NCBI RefSeq assembly: GCF_000143415.4
Contig: NW_003314270.1
Span: 2,697,668 to 2,761,667 of the forward strand
Direction: 5' to 3'
Source: Selaginella moellendorffii
Lineage: Eukaryota; Plantae; Lycopodiophyta
Length of the DNA stretch: 64,000 nucleotides
Position 1 is the stretch's first letter. Each line of letters starts with the position of its first letter. Position numbers and translations under genes: made by a program. Below the pieces are notes generated by a model. The model saw nothing but the letters and a program-made list of their open reading frames with translations. It was not told the DNA's origin and ran no database searches. Shown piece by piece: positions 9,984 to 27,006 of this stretch.

Positions 9984-11375
9984 ATGGGTGTGGCAGTAGC
10001 AGCGGAGTCGGAGAAACGAGGGGCGCCACGCCTCCGCTACAACAGCCCTCTTGTCCAGGTGATCCTCATCGGCTTCGTCTGCTTCTGCTGCCCCGGGATG
10101 TTCAATGCCTTGAACAGCATGGGAGGCGGAGGCCAAGTCTCCAAGACCGCCTCCAACAACGCCAACACCGCCCTCTACGCAACCTTCGCGGTGTTCGGAG
10201 TCTTGGGCGGCGGGATCTACAATCTCCTCGGCCCCCGCTTCACTCTCCTCTTCGGCTCCAGCTTCTACGTGCTCTTCGCCGGCTCGTATCTCTTCTACAA
10301 TCACCACCAAGACGCCAAAGGTGACGCCTTCAACATCACCGCCGGAGCTCTCCTCGGCATGGGAGCCGGGCTCCTCTGGGCTGGCCAGGGAGCGATCATG
10401 ATGTCCTACCCCCCGGAGAGGCTCAAAGGCCGCTACATATCCATCTTCTGGAGCATCTTCAACCTGGGAGCTATGATCGGTGGCTTCCTCCCCTTCGGCC
10501 TCAACTACAACCGGCCGAATGCCCAGTCCGTGAACGACGCCACCTACATCGGCTTCATGGTGATCATGTCCTTCGGCTCGCTGCTCACGCTGGCCCTGCT
10601 CACGCCCGACCGAGTTGTCCGAGACGATGGAAGCCGAGTCACTGCTATCCGCTACTCCAATCCTTTCACCGAGGGATGGGAGATCCTCAAGTTGTTTCGA
10701 ACACCCAAGCTGCTGCTCCTGGCCCCTGCTTGCGTCGCTAGCAATTTCTTCTACACGTACCAGTTCAACGGCTTCAATGCGTCGCTCTTCAACGTGAGAA
10801 CCCGCGGCTTCAACGGTGTCTTCTACTGGGGAGCTCAGATGCTGGGAGCCACTGTTCTTGGATTTCTCCTCGACGCCTGCCACCCGAGGAGGAAAGTTAG
10901 AGGATTCGTCGGAATCGCTGTGGTGGCGGTGTTTGGGATGGTTACCTGGGGTGGCGGCCTTGCCAAGCAGCTGGAGTACTCGCGGTATGATCTCCCTCCC
11001 GAGCTCGACTTTAAGAGCGGACCTGAGTATGCCGGACCGTTTATCCTGTTCGTCTGCTATGGACTGCTCGACGCTATGTACCAGACGCTGTGCTACTGGA
11101 CGATGGGAGCTCTCACTGACGATGCTCTAGCGCTCAGTCGCTGTGCTGGCTTCTACAAGGGAGTGCAAAGTGCTGGAGCAGCGGTGGCATGGCAACTGGA
11201 CGCACACAAGGTCAGGTTTTTAGTCCAGCTGCTCGTCAACTGGGGACTCTTGGTGCTCAGCGTCCCTCTGCTAATGCTTATAATGAAAGACGTCAAGGAC
11301 TCCTGTGCAGGAGATGCACCACTTACAGCCGAGAGTAGCACTAAAGACGGTGAGACCGCCAAGGAAACAGTATGA
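9984..11375 (+). CDS. UNC93-like MFS membrane protein
   Basis: Intronless 463 aa; YNSPLVQV..FCCPGMFNAL, GAGLLWAGQG, GFYKGVQSAGAAVAW. Confidence 0.9.
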   Translation: MGVAVAAESEKRGAPRLRYNSPLVQVILIGFVCFCCPGMFNALNSMGGGGQVSKTASNNANTALYATFAVFGVLGGGIYNLLGPRFTLLFGSSFYVLFAGSYLFYNHHQDAKGDAFNITAGALLGMGAGLLWAGQGAIMMSYPPERLKGRYISIFWSIFNLGAMIGGFLPFGLNYNRPNAQSVNDATYIGFMVIMSFGSLLTLALLTPDRVVRDDGSRVTAIRYSNPFTEGWEILKLFRTPKLLLLAPACVASNFFYTYQFNGFNASLFNVRTRGFNGVFYWGAQMLGATVLGFLLDACHPRRKVRGFVGIAVVAVFGMVTWGGGLAKQLEYSRYDLPPELDFKSGPEYAGPFILFVCYGLLDAMYQTLCYWTMGALTDDALALSRCAGFYKGVQSAGAAVAWQLDAHKVRFLVQLLVNWGLLVLSVPLLMLIMKDVKDSCAGDAPLTAESSTKDGETAKETV

Positions 11376-11427
11376 AGCCATTGTAAAGTCACTGGAAGGA
11401 ACAAAACAAAACAGAGCTAAGTGTTTT

Positions 11428-12025
11428 TCAGCACGTAGAATTCTGGCCAAGCACCTGTGGATTGCCGAATGTATCCTCGTCGCCATCCTCGACTTTCTTT
11501 CGCCTCTCCGCGATCATCTGTGTGTATGCCTGCGCGGGAAGAACAGTGAGTGCTACAAACAAAGATAGAACTAGAAAAACTTCTGAAAGTTTACCTGTGG
11601 ATACGAGTAGAGGAACACAAACCACCATGCTGCGATTACCAAGGTGACAAAAGAAGTAACCGGAATGGAGTGGAAAACTGGCCAAGACGCTCCAATCGTC
11701 AGTATTCCTGTGGCTACAATGCTCCAAGGCTGGCACCTGGAAGCAAGTAGCAAGAGTAGAACAAAGGAGGAGCTTTCAGGACGTACCAGGCAGGCTTTGT
11801 ATCCCAAACGCTCTCGTATTCCAGCGACAAATCTTCCAAGTATCGTTCCATGTCGTCCACGGCTCGCTTTCCAGCGCTCCCATTCCCTGAAGAAAATGCC
11901 ACAGTTTCCCGCTTCCTCGGTTCCCTCCTGCCAATGGCAATGGGCCTGACATTCCGGCGCTGGCTCACAGACTTGAGACAATCTACGCCCGTGAACAACG
12001 AGGGGAGGAGCAACAATGCCGCCAT
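11428..12025 (-). CDS. Small plastid-targeted membrane protein (DUF6737-like, cyanobacterial-type)
   Basis: 3 exons; transit-like N-terminus; SVWDTKPAWCQPWSI motif; two TM helices. Confidence 0.7.
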
Positions 12026-12146
12026 AGCCAGAATTAAAACGAAGCCACAAAATCCCTATAAAGGCAGTAACTCTTTAAAGAAGAAAGCTTCATTTCTTCA
12101 AACTTACACTACATTATCGTCACCATTCAGAAACACTGCTGCTTTG

Positions 12147-16740
<4,594 letters not shown>

Positions 16741-16846
16741 CGCTCCCCAGCAAATAACCTAGAATGCCGCTCCCTCCCCTTTTACTCCCTTTTCCCTCTT
16801 TCCACTACTTAAAGCCACTGGAGAAATATTATAGGGCTTGAGGGAA

Positions 16847-18287
16847 ATGGGCGGGGCGGACATGGGAGGATCCGTGAAGCGAGCGACGATCGATGCTGTC
16901 GCAGGCGCTGTAGCTGGAGGAATCTCCAGGACGATCGTGGCGCCGCTCGATGTGATCAAAATCCGGTTCCAGGTAAGGCGATTTCCTCGCTCACAGGCTC
17001 AATCGCATCGTCTTCTCGCTTCCCAGGTCCAGCTAGAGCCGACGAGCCGGCGATTGAGCCAAGGATCTTCATCCTTGCCAGGCGGTGTCTCGAAATACAC
17101 GGGCATCGCACAGGCTATGCGAGACATTTTCCGCGAGGAAGGGATCCCGGTAAGAGAAAAAATCCTTTTTCTTTCTAACAAAGGGATAGAAGATAGATCG
17201 CGTTGCATGTGATAGGGCCTATGGAGGGGAAATGTTCCAGCCTTGTTGTTAGTCATGCCGTACACTGCTATACAGTTCGTCGCGCTGCAAGGATTTCGAT
17301 CCACTTTCTCCAAGGGAGGTCGGCATCTTCTCTAGAACTTTGCATAGAGCATCCTCTTCTTTCGTCTCTTTTACTACGTGCCTCTTTTTTGGCATGCCAG
17401 CATCGATTTTTTAGCACCATTGGAGTTTGATCCTTCCTAAGTTTTAGCGGTTTGTGTGCAGGTGATGTTAGTCCCGTCCTGTCGTACGTGAGTGGAGCTG
17501 CTGCGGGGTGTGCTGCAACTATTGGATCCTATCCTTTTGATCTTCTACGTACGATTCTCGCTTCGCAAGGTGAACCAAAGGTGAATATTTTCTTTCCCGT
17601 GTTTTGCCGCTGAAATATGTATATGTTCTTCAGATTTATCGTTCTATGAGACACGCATTCGTAGATATACTACAAACAAGAGGATTTCGAGGCCTCTACG
17701 CCGGACTAACTCCTTCCCTGGTTGAAATCATACCTTATGCCGGGCTCCAATTCGGCTCGTATGACACCTTCAAGCGATGGGCACATGTAAGAAGACTTGT
17801 ATTTGGTTTCACTTAAAGTTTATCCCTATCTCTCTCTCTCATTCGTTGTGCAGCGTCTGGATCAGTGGAGGGGTGTAGACCGCCCGGAGCTTTCAGGCAT
17901 GCAACACTTTTGGTGTGGTCTAGCTGCGGGTACGTTCTCCAAGACGTGCTGCCATCCACTAGACGTTGTCAAGAAGCGATTCCAGGTGCGAAGTCTCTGT
18001 CAATCGCTTTCGTTTTTCATCTTCTTCCGGTGTAAAAACACCCTTGTTTTCTCTTGTTTTCAATCACCCAGGTGGAAGGCCTAGCTCGTCACCCACGCTA
18101 CGGTGCTAGAATAGAACTCAAGGCCTACAAAAGCATGATCGACGCGATCCGCCGGATTGTACAGCAAGAAGGCCTGGCCGGGCTCTACAAGGGGACTTAT
18201 CCGTCAGTTATAAAAGCTGCGCCAGCCGCTGCCATCACATTCGTCGTTTACGAGAAGGCTTCAAAATGGCTAGAGCTATGGTGGTGA
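16847..18287 (+). CDS. TPC: Mitochondrial thiamine pyrophosphate carrier
   Basis: Three carrier repeats [46 protein letters not shown]. Confidence 0.85.
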
Positions 18288-19245
18288 CGAGGTGATATCT
18301 ATCTTCTATCACTCACATACATGGTTTTAATTTCTCGTCAAGCACAGTGACAGGGAAAGCACGCACACCACCACCTCTGACAGCGGTGGTTCGTGAATCC
18401 ATCGCTCGAGTGCTGCTATAACTTCATCGATTTTCCTTCAGCAGATTTCTTTTGTTCTTCCCGAGAGAGGGGGAGAATTTTTGTGGAATTCAACACCGGG
18501 ACGCTTGTCTCTTCGGGGCTTGTAATGTAAAGATGAGCTCGCACTTTCACAGAAATGGGGCTTGTAAGTTAAGGTTTTTGATTGCACATGGCCCATCTGG
18601 AATCCAGCTTTTGGTTCTTGTGAGGAAAATCACTGTGATCACTGCGAAGAAACTATTTTCTAAGGTTTGTAACTCACGTAGTTTTGTTTGTTCTTGGCGA
18701 TCATAGAAAAATAGCCATAGCTCTTTCTAATGCTACAAATATCTTACCTCCATCCGGTAAAAAATTTCTTAGAATTTGAGGATCACACATGAATCAAATA
18801 TAGCAGTAGTACGTACGTGTCAAAGTAGCCAAAATTATGAGAAAATTACCTGACAGTTACTGCCAAAACTTTACCCCGCGCCGTCGAGTCGTCGTTGAGC
18901 GGAAATTATTCTTTTCTCGAAAACAACGGAATATTCGTCCGGCAGGCAAAGAGTGATGCCGTTTGCACGGCCGAGATTCGCTGCTCGTTTTGGTGCCCAG
19001 TCCGCCATAGCCAACGAAGAAAGAAGGCGAGCCAGGGTAGCCTTCTTGCTAGGGTTTCGCATTCTCTCCTACCCCAGCTGGTTTCTCTGTGCGGCTGTGC
19101 GCATTCTTCCCTCCCGTGCTGCTGGATTTCGACCATGGCGTAATCGCGTACCAGGTTTGCAAGGCATTGTGATCTTCTCCCCAGGATCCAGCTGATCCGT
19201 GGGCTAGATCTCCCGAAAGCCCTGGTTCTTGCGGGGTAGTATGAG

Positions 19246-21359
19246 ATGAGCAAGACGATGGGGCAGGAGATTAACCAGTACGCCCACAGCCCCGTCCACT
19301 GGGCCGTTGCCAGGGGCGATTACCCGGCGCTCAAGCGGATTCTCAGTGGCCTTCCCCGCCTCGCCAAGCCTGGCGAGGTTCGCACGGAGATCGAGTCGAT
19401 CCAGGCGGAGGTCAAGGCCGACGCCATCGCGGCGGTGATAGATCGCCGAGATGTGCCCAACCGGGAGACGCCACTGCATTTGGCGGTCAAGATGGGTGAC
19501 GAGACGTCGGTGGAGATGCTCATGCAAGCCGGGGCGGATTGGAGCCTCCAGAACGCGCAGGGATGGAGCGCCCTCCAGGAGGCGGTGTGCGCGCGAGAGG
19601 AAGGCATAGCCATGATCATCACGAGGTACTATCAGCCCATGGCTTGGGCGAAGTGGCTCCGGCGGCTGCCGAGAGTGGTAGGAACAATGCGGCGGATGAG
19701 AGACTTCTACATGGAGCTCACGTTTCACTTCGAGAGCTCGGTCATTCCTTTCATCTCCAGGATTGCTCCCAGCGACACTTACAGGATATGGAAGAAGGGT
19801 GCCAATCTCAGGGCGGACATGACACTCGCGGGCTTCGATGGTTTCAGGATCCAGAGGTCGGACCAGAGCTTTCTCTTTTTGGGCGATGGAAGCGACGACG
19901 GCAAGCTCCCTTCCGGGACCCTCTGTGTTCTCAGCCACAAAGAGAAGGAGATCATGAACGCTTTGGACGGTGCCGGAGTCCAGCCCACGGAGTCCGAGAT
20001 CGCGCAAGAGGTGGCGGTTTTGTCACAAACCAATATCTACAGGCCGGGGATCGATGTCACACAGGCCGAGCTCCAGCCGCATTTGACGTGGAGGAGGCAA
20101 GAGAAAACCGAGATGGTGGGCTCGTGGAAGGCGAAGATATACGACATGCATCATGTGACTGTCAGTGTCCGGTCGCGAAGGGTTCCAGGAGCCATGACAG
20201 ACGAGGAGCTGTTCGCTTCAGAAGAGGCCGAGGGAGAGGACGACGAAGACTACACCGATCTTCTAACCGAGGAGGAGAAGCAGCAACTGGACTCGGCGCT
20301 CAAGGCCGAGAATGGCGAGTTTATCGAGAAGGGATTTGACAAGGGTGGCAAGGACAACAGCAAGCTTCGCAGGCGCTTGGAGAACGGGGGGGATGATATT
20401 ATATTGGACGGATTGCTCGACGATGATATGAGCGTAGGGGGTGCTTCGTCTGGCTCGGATATCCACAGGGAGGACAGGAAGAGCTGGTTTAGCTGGGGGA
20501 AGAAGAGCGTCAAGCATGAAAACGCAAAGAAGGTGGAGCCGGCAAGGAAGTCTCTCAGCGTAGAAGTAGAGCGGGGTGGCAGGAATAACAGCAGAAAGTC
20601 TTTCGACAGGCGACCATCGAATTATAGAGCGGAGGACACATTCGAGCTCAAGAAGGGATACATGGACAAGCCTGCCAGGAAGAGCGTAAGCAGGGAGTCG
20701 ATTCACAAGCCTGGAAAGGCTGGCGCTGAAAACGAGTACCAGAAGGGATTGAGGCCGGTGCTGTGGCTCACGCCGGATTTTCCTCTGAGCACTGAGGAGT
20801 TTGTGCCGCTGCTGGACATCCTGTCCAACAAAGTGAAAGCGATCCGGAGGCTACGTGAGCTCTTGACAACCAAGCTACCGACTGGAACGTTTCCAGTCAA
20901 GGTAAGTTTATTTTCTTTTCTCGTTTCTCCAGTTCTTCGGTGACCAAACTTACTTTGTTTTTTCCTTCGTCTCAGCTGGCCATACCAGTAGTGCCCACCA
21001 TCAGAGTCGTCGTGACTTTCACTCGCTTTGACGAGATCCGCGCGCCGTCGGAGGAGTTTTCCACGCCACTCTCGAGTCCTCGCCACTTCCAAGACGCAAA
21101 AGCCAAGGAGGGCGATGCTCCGCAAGCACAGGCATCATCGGCGAGTTCATGGTTTTCGTGGATGCGACCTCACAGCCAGGCAAGCTCGTCGGCGGTGTCG
21201 GACGATCACGGGCCCGACTTGGTGGATCCGTTTCTCATCCCCAGTGACTACACCTGGGTGGACGTGAACGAGAAGAAGCGGCGAGCCAAGGACAAGAAAT
21301 CGAAGAGCAAGAAGAATAAGAAGCCTCCTCCAGCGCAGGGAGAGACAACGAAGGGCTAG
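19246..21359 (+). CDS. Ankyrin-repeat domain 13-like protein (ANK + GPCR-chaperone/DUF3424), intact copy
   Basis: ETPLHLAV, GWSALQEA, LPTGTFPVK; one intron 20902-20975. Confidence 0.9.
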
Positions 21360-21456
21360 TCTGCTTGCTAGCTCTCACCAGTTACAACAAACAAAGGCTT
21401 TTGGATTTTATTTTTTGTAGGCGATTCACACGAAATGAAATTCTTGTGTTCTTTCT

Positions 21457-21993
21457 TCACTTCTTGTATAGGGTGTAACCATACGAATTAGCAGCGATGA
21501 TGATCAGGAGCGTGATATAAGTGCCCCTCAGAGGAATCCTCATCAGCTTTTTCACGTAGGAACCAACGAGGATTAGAATGCCGACGAGAAAACACGCACC
21601 CATGGTCGACCACGATGCCTTCGCGTCGCTAAAGTCGTAGACAACATAGAGGAGGCTGAAAAAGAGTGGTGTCATCATCACGGACAAGCTCACCAAGAAG
21701 ATCATCCAAATAGAGATCACGAGCTTTTTGACCTCAGAAGCGTTTCCTTGTTCGTTCTCACCGATCGCTATTAGACACCTTGCCAATCCAAATGCTGAGA
21801 TGGTTGAAGCGAGAAGGAAGTGGAAGCAACGGCCCTTTTCCACTGGTGTGGCATTCTCTTTGATGAGGGAGATCCCTGACTGGAGGCATGTAGAAGCCAC
21901 AAAAGTGAAAGGCGTAATCAGCAATTTGGCAAACTTCAATGCTTCTTTGTTGGGGGCAGCATTAGCTTCTGCAATCTATCCCGCTTCTTCCAT
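21457..21993 (-). pseudogene. Multipass membrane protein type A with premature stop
   Basis: ATG 21993; codon 6 is TAG (21976-21978) where the 614 copy has AAG; otherwise open. Confidence 0.75.
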
Positions 21994-22339
21994 TAAACTC
22001 AAAGTCCTTCCCCTGCAAGCTGCCGATTTTGTTGAGCGGGATGATGAGAGTGCTAAGATGGATCACATGGCCTTGATCGACCAGCAAAACACATTATATA
22101 TTCTTTAGATTCCGTGGAATGCCTTGAATCGGTATTTCCTGCACGATAAGCGACTTGCCACGACTTGCCACAAATAATCAGATGTATACGTTTCTTTGTT
22201 TTGTTCTTACAAGTCAAACTGATTCTGGCATTTTGCTACATGAATAGCAACCGGAAACAAATCTCTGCAAAATGGCAAGTGTCACTTGATTTTACATGGG
22301 GATCCGATAAACTACAAACAGTTTCTTTGTGTCTTGTTC

Positions 22340-23236
22340 TTACATAATCTTGCAAATCAAGTTCCTGGTAAACAGCTCGCTGGTGTTGTTCACGATCCAG
22401 GGCTGACCAAGCACTTGCTCTACCGTCAGCCTCCGGCTTGGATAAACCTCCAACATCCCCATGATCAAATCCTTTGCCTCACTCGACACATCACTCCAAT
22501 CCAATGCAAACTCCACATTGTCCACGCTTTTCAACAATGACTCCACATAATCAGAGTGGTATTCAGGGAACGCCACCCTTCCGCTAACAAGCTCATATAG
22601 AATGAGTCCGAGCCCCCAGACGTCCACCGCTTGAGTGTAGTATTTCGGCCATCCGCCCTCACCAGCCCTGAGAACATCTGGCGACATATACCCAGGGGTG
22701 CCACAAAGGTGGTGCATCTCGTCTGCCCGGTCAGTCGCAACCCCAAAGTCAGACAGCTTCACCTCGTAAGGTTGCGCTGGATGCGTCAGCAAAACGTTTT
22801 CCAGCTTCATATCCCTGTGCACCACCCCAAGGTTGTGCATCTCCCTCAGCGTCTCGGCCAGGCTCTTGGTCACAAACGCCGCCTCTTCATCCGCCAGCCT
22901 CCCCACCATCTTTAGCCTGTCCCGGAGCGTGCACGAGCAGAGCTCCAAGATTAGGGATCCCCACCAGCGGCCCTTGAGCTCCTCCTCGACCATGTCGTAG
23001 ATCTCTAGTGTACCATGGCAGCCATTGAGTTTGAGCATGATTTCCTTCTCTCTCTCACCCGATCTCTCGAAGCTCTTAGCCGCTAGCAACTTACCACCCA
23101 TTCTAAAGCTTACAAGGTGTACAGTACCTTGCCCTCCCTTTCCAAGCTCAAAACCCACATCATACATCTTTCTCAAGGACGAGAGCTCCTCGCTCACGAC
23201 CAACTCACCACTCTCGACCGCTCTCCACACAGTCAT
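22340..23236 (-). CDS. Intronless minimal Ser/Thr kinase, cassette copy C
   Basis: 298 aa, near-identical to the 6188 copy. Confidence 0.9.
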   Translation of the reverse strand: MTVWRAVESGELVVSEELSSLRKMYDVGFELGKGGQGTVHLVSFRMGGKLLAAKSFERSGEREKEIMLKLNGCHGTLEIYDMVEEELKGRWWGSLILELCSCTLRDRLKMVGRLADEEAAFVTKSLAETLREMHNLGVVHRDMKLENVLLTHPAQPYEVKLSDFGVATDRADEMHHLCGTPGYMSPDVLRAGEGGWPKYYTQAVDVWGLGLILYELVSGRVAFPEYHSDYVESLLKSVDNVEFALDWSDVSSEAKDLIMGMLEVYPSRRLTVEQVLGQPWIVNNTSELFTRNLICKIM

Positions 23237-23313
23237 GGCGATTAAACAACGATTGTTAGCGTGACCTAAAGGGAGCTGCCTTTAAGTCTTGATGAAACCA
23301 GATTGAATTATGA

Positions 23314-23870
23314 TCAAGACTTGCAGACCTTTGCGGTGAATTCCACGACATAGAGATTGCTTCCTTTGCTCGTTTCTTTCGCTGTGCCCGTGGCTCCTTC
23401 AAATCTTCCGGTGCCACCAACGATGGCGAAAAGAGCTTGAGATCCAGCGGTCGAGCTCCCGGCCTCGCCTTGAAACTCGAGGCTGCTACCATCAGCAAAG
23501 GAGCAATGCGAGGACTGGAAGCTCCCCAGGCCGGTGTTTGCGAGGATTCCCATGTATGTCCCCATGGATAACCTGGTATAGCCCTTGGTGGAGACCGAGA
23601 ATGGGGCTGCGAATGTCTGCATTGATCCGGGTCTACCAGCGTTGTCTTTGGGAAGAACGTAGAACTCGTTTTGGTTGATCCCCGTGTCCGTAAACAGGGA
23701 CTGGCCTTGGAAGGTGTAGGTCTTGCACTGTTTCACAAGAAGAAATTCTTTAAGATCTTGACTAGCAATGCAAAGCATGGATAAGAAAATGGAGTCTATA
23801 CCTTGGAGGACGATGTTGATGTCGCTAATGCCAGGATGATCAAGAAGATCCCAATTCCAGCGGAGGCCAT
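23314..23870 (-). CDS. Secreted dirigent/AOC-barrel-like protein, copy C (exons 23870-23802, 23727-23314)
   Basis: Signal peptide exon plus FAIVGGTGRFEGATG. Confidence 0.75.
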
Positions 23871-24330
23871 TCGCCCCAATGTGTAGAATGCTCTAGCCTA
23901 GCACTCTCCATATCATAGATAAATAGATAGATACCAGAGTACACGTGAAATACGTGAGCGCATCGATCCATTAACGCTGGGCCGAGGCTGAAGAAGGTCG
24001 GTGACGACGAGATTGTGGAACAAAACTTGACAGGAAGAGCTCGTCGTTGTTTTCTCGTGGTTCTTGGATGTTTGTAGGAGACTAGAGTACGATCCAGCTG
24101 CGAGGTTTAAAGGTAGATAAAGATAACTAGTATTGCTCGTGTCTGATGTCATTCCTGTTTTTTTTCCTTTATATGGGAATTCAATTTTTTGTAGTCCACA
24201 CATTTTTTGATATGCCCTGTGTGGTGCAGCTGCGACTAATATGGAATGCACAGTTCTATACTTGAGAGACTGAACAAATTATCCTTGACCGTTGTGTGCG
24301 TTCTGCTTCAATTTTTTCACGTTTAAGTTC

Positions 24331-24873
24331 ATGGCAGAAGGGGCAACGGTTGCTAATTCTAATGAGGCTAACGGGAAAGAATCATTGAAGCTGGCCAAAT
24401 TGCTGATTACACCTTTCACTTTTGTGGCTTCCACATGTCTCCAGTCGGGAATCTCCCTCATCAAGCACGACGCAAAGCCCGCGGAGAAGGGGCGTTGTTT
24501 CCACCTCTTTTTGGCTGCAACCATCTCCGTATTTGGATTGGCACGGTGTCTGATAGCAATTGTTGAGAACAAGGAAAGAAATGCTCAGGAGCTCGACAAT
24601 CTCATGTCCTCTCTTTGGATGATCTTCTTTGCGAGCTTGTCTACGATGATGTCGCCGCTCCTCTTCAGCCTCCTGTATGTTGTCTACGACATCAGCGAAA
24701 CGAAGGCATCGTGGTCAATAATGGGTGCGTATTTAGTTTTGGTCGTTGTAGTCTTCACTCGTTCCTACGTGAAAAAGCTGTTCCAAAGGATGAGGATTCC
24801 TCTGAGAGGCACTCCTGTCATTTTACTTATCATCTTTGGTGCTAATACATATGGGTACACTTTATATAAATAA
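24331..24873 (+). CDS. Small multipass membrane protein type B (intact)
   Basis: Intronless 180-aa ORF from ATG 24331, paralog of 614. Confidence 0.65.
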   Translation: MAEGATVANSNEANGKESLKLAKLLITPFTFVASTCLQSGISLIKHDAKPAEKGRCFHLFLAATISVFGLARCLIAIVENKERNAQELDNLMSSLWMIFFASLSTMMSPLLFSLLYVVYDISETKASWSIMGAYLVLVVVVFTRSYVKKLFQRMRIPLRGTPVILLIIFGANTYGYTLYK

Positions 24874-24895
24874 AAGACTTTACAATTTCCTTTGT

Positions 24896-25060
24896 TACAG
24901 AGATTGTTTTTGTTTGTTTGCTCGTTTCTCTCGCAGTGCTGTGGCTCCTTCAAACCTTATGGTGCCTCCGACAATGGCGAAAAGAGCTTAAGAGGGGGCT
25001 GCCAATGTCTTCATTGGCCGCATGGATAAGAAAATGGAGGACGATGATGTCGCTAATGCT
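24896..25060 (-). pseudogene. Internally deleted dirigent-like remnant (further copies ~3825-3990 +, ~7928-8092 -)
   Basis: Degenerate match to the exon-2 3' end and the exon1/intron junction of the dirigent-like gene. Confidence 0.6.
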
Positions 25061-25153
25061 CATCCATTTCTTAGATACATAGAAAAACAGTGGCATGAAT
25101 CTTGGGAGATTTTGATGAGGGGGTTTAAAGGTTTTAGCAGCTGCTCGTGGGCA

Positions 25154-26623
25154 ATGCAGCAACACCAGGAGTGGGCGGGGCTCCGGTCGTGGAGGTCCCC
25201 GGCGGCGCCACCCAATGAGCGGCGCCGCTGGGGGGATGCCGGCCCTGAGATGGTGGCGACTCCCTTAGATCACGCTGGTTCTTTCTCTCCTCCCCCTCGC
25301 AGCCTCGCGGAATGGGGCGCCTTGATCCTCGCCACCCCTCGTCCACTCTCCAAAGCCCACTTGACGCACCACGCTTACAAGCTTTGGTGCAGTGGTGCTC
25401 TTCCGATTGGTGTAGCGGCCGCCATGGATTCTCCCGCAAGGCCAGAGAAGCCTCAGCTGGTAAGATTCTTCTTTTTTTTCTTGAAGTTCTTGTTCTTGCT
25501 GTGCCTATAGGTGCATCCAAGGAGAGTTCCAACAGCCAAAGTTCTGGGGATATCTCCCAGCGTTCATATGATCCATAACTTGGCACACATCGAGCTCAAC
25601 GCTGTGGATCTTGCATGGGACACTGTGGTGCGCTTCTCGGCGTCGGGTGGCGAGCTCGATTCGCAGTTTTTCGCGGATTTTGCTCACGTTGCGGACGACG
25701 AGAGCCGGCATTTCTGCTGGTGCGAGCAGCAATTGAACGAGCTTGGTTCCAGGTATTTAGAAACTTGTAGTTTTCTCTTCATTTATCGTTTCCTTACCAT
25801 AGTTATGGAGATGTTCCAGCGCACAATTTGCTCTGGAAGGATTGCCAGAAAACTTCTGCAAGCGTGGATGCTCGTCTCGCAGTTATTCCAATGGTCCAGG
25901 TGCCTATATGTTTTTTTTTTTTTTTTTTTTTCTGATCTTTAGTTCTCCAACTTTTCTATTCGAGTTTCTCTACTGTTTCAGGAAGCTCGGGGTTTGGACG
26001 CTGGGCCGAGGCTGGTGGAAAGACTGAAGCAGCTCGGTGATGATAGAAGTGCCAATATTGTGGAACAAATCTCCCAGGAAGAGCTTGCGCATGTCGCTGT
26101 TGGTGTCTCGTGGTTCCTGGATGTTTGCAGGAGACTAGAGTGCGATCCAGCCGCGAGGTTTAAAGGTGGATAAACTAGTACAGATCTTTTCTTCGATTTC
26201 GTGTCTGATCTCCTCCTTGTTTTCCTTGTTACGATCGATCAGAGTTAATGACGAGCTTGAACGTGGAGCTGAGAGGTCCATTCAACCACAAAGCGAGAGA
26301 GGCAGCTGGACTTCCTCAATCTTGGTACTTTTCATCTCATACTTCCTCGAAAATCTCTTTAACGATCGATCAATCCGGAGGTACGACACCGCTATGGATA
26401 CAAAACTGGAGCAAAAACCTCTGTCACCTCAGGTACGCTCTCGCCAAACTCGCTCTAAAAGCTTCGTACTTTGCTTTTACACAGGCCGGGACCATCTCTT
26501 CCTGCCTTCCCGAGGCAAGTTCTTCTCGGTCCGTGATCTCGTCCGTCTCACATTTTTGTGTTCTTCCAGGTTTGCTCGAGATTGGCAATTGTTGTGTCTT
26601 CCGAGAGCGACAATCTCCTCTAG
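25154..26623 (+). CDS. DUF455 ferritin-like (putative di-iron) protein
   Basis: Multi-exon; HNLAHIELNAVDLAWD, DESRHF, EARGLDAGP, EELAHV, GPFNHKAR; 5' end uncertain. Confidence 0.85.
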
Positions 26624-27006
26624 AAAAGCTCGTTTTAAGATCCGATCCGATCCAATCCAGCCCAGGTAACTAAAGATCTTTTGCTCAAACTTTACTTCGG
26701 TTTTTCTTTGGTTTGAAGTCTCGATCTGGCGGTGGATCCGCAGAGCCCTCAAAAATCCCGCGCTGCCGCTGCTGCCGCCGCTAGAAGAAAATTTTACACC
26801 AACTTTCATAAGGGAACGCGGCTACCTTATCTACCGTGCGAATATCCCGCCGCATATTCAGCCATTTAAAGCATCTCTCCAGGACGAACAACAAACTCCG
26901 AGAGGGAAAGACAAGAGAGAGAAGAGCTTCACACTCAAGGTCTCATTTTTTCTCTTGAGTCTTTCGATTTTCTCTCGAGCAAACGCGGCAAGCAGGAAGA
27001 GGTCTC

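Noticed and set aside
9975-10883. 302-aa antisense ORF, and similar long antisense ORFs over the ANKRD13, BAHD and F-box genes
   Set aside because: Shadow ORFs of GC-rich coding strands with no recognisable motifs
19246-21993. Split ANK + PGG (ACD6-like) pair formed by ANKRD13 and the adjacent TM gene
   Set aside because: ANKRD13 is a distinct conserved family, convergently oriented; adjacency is likely incidental
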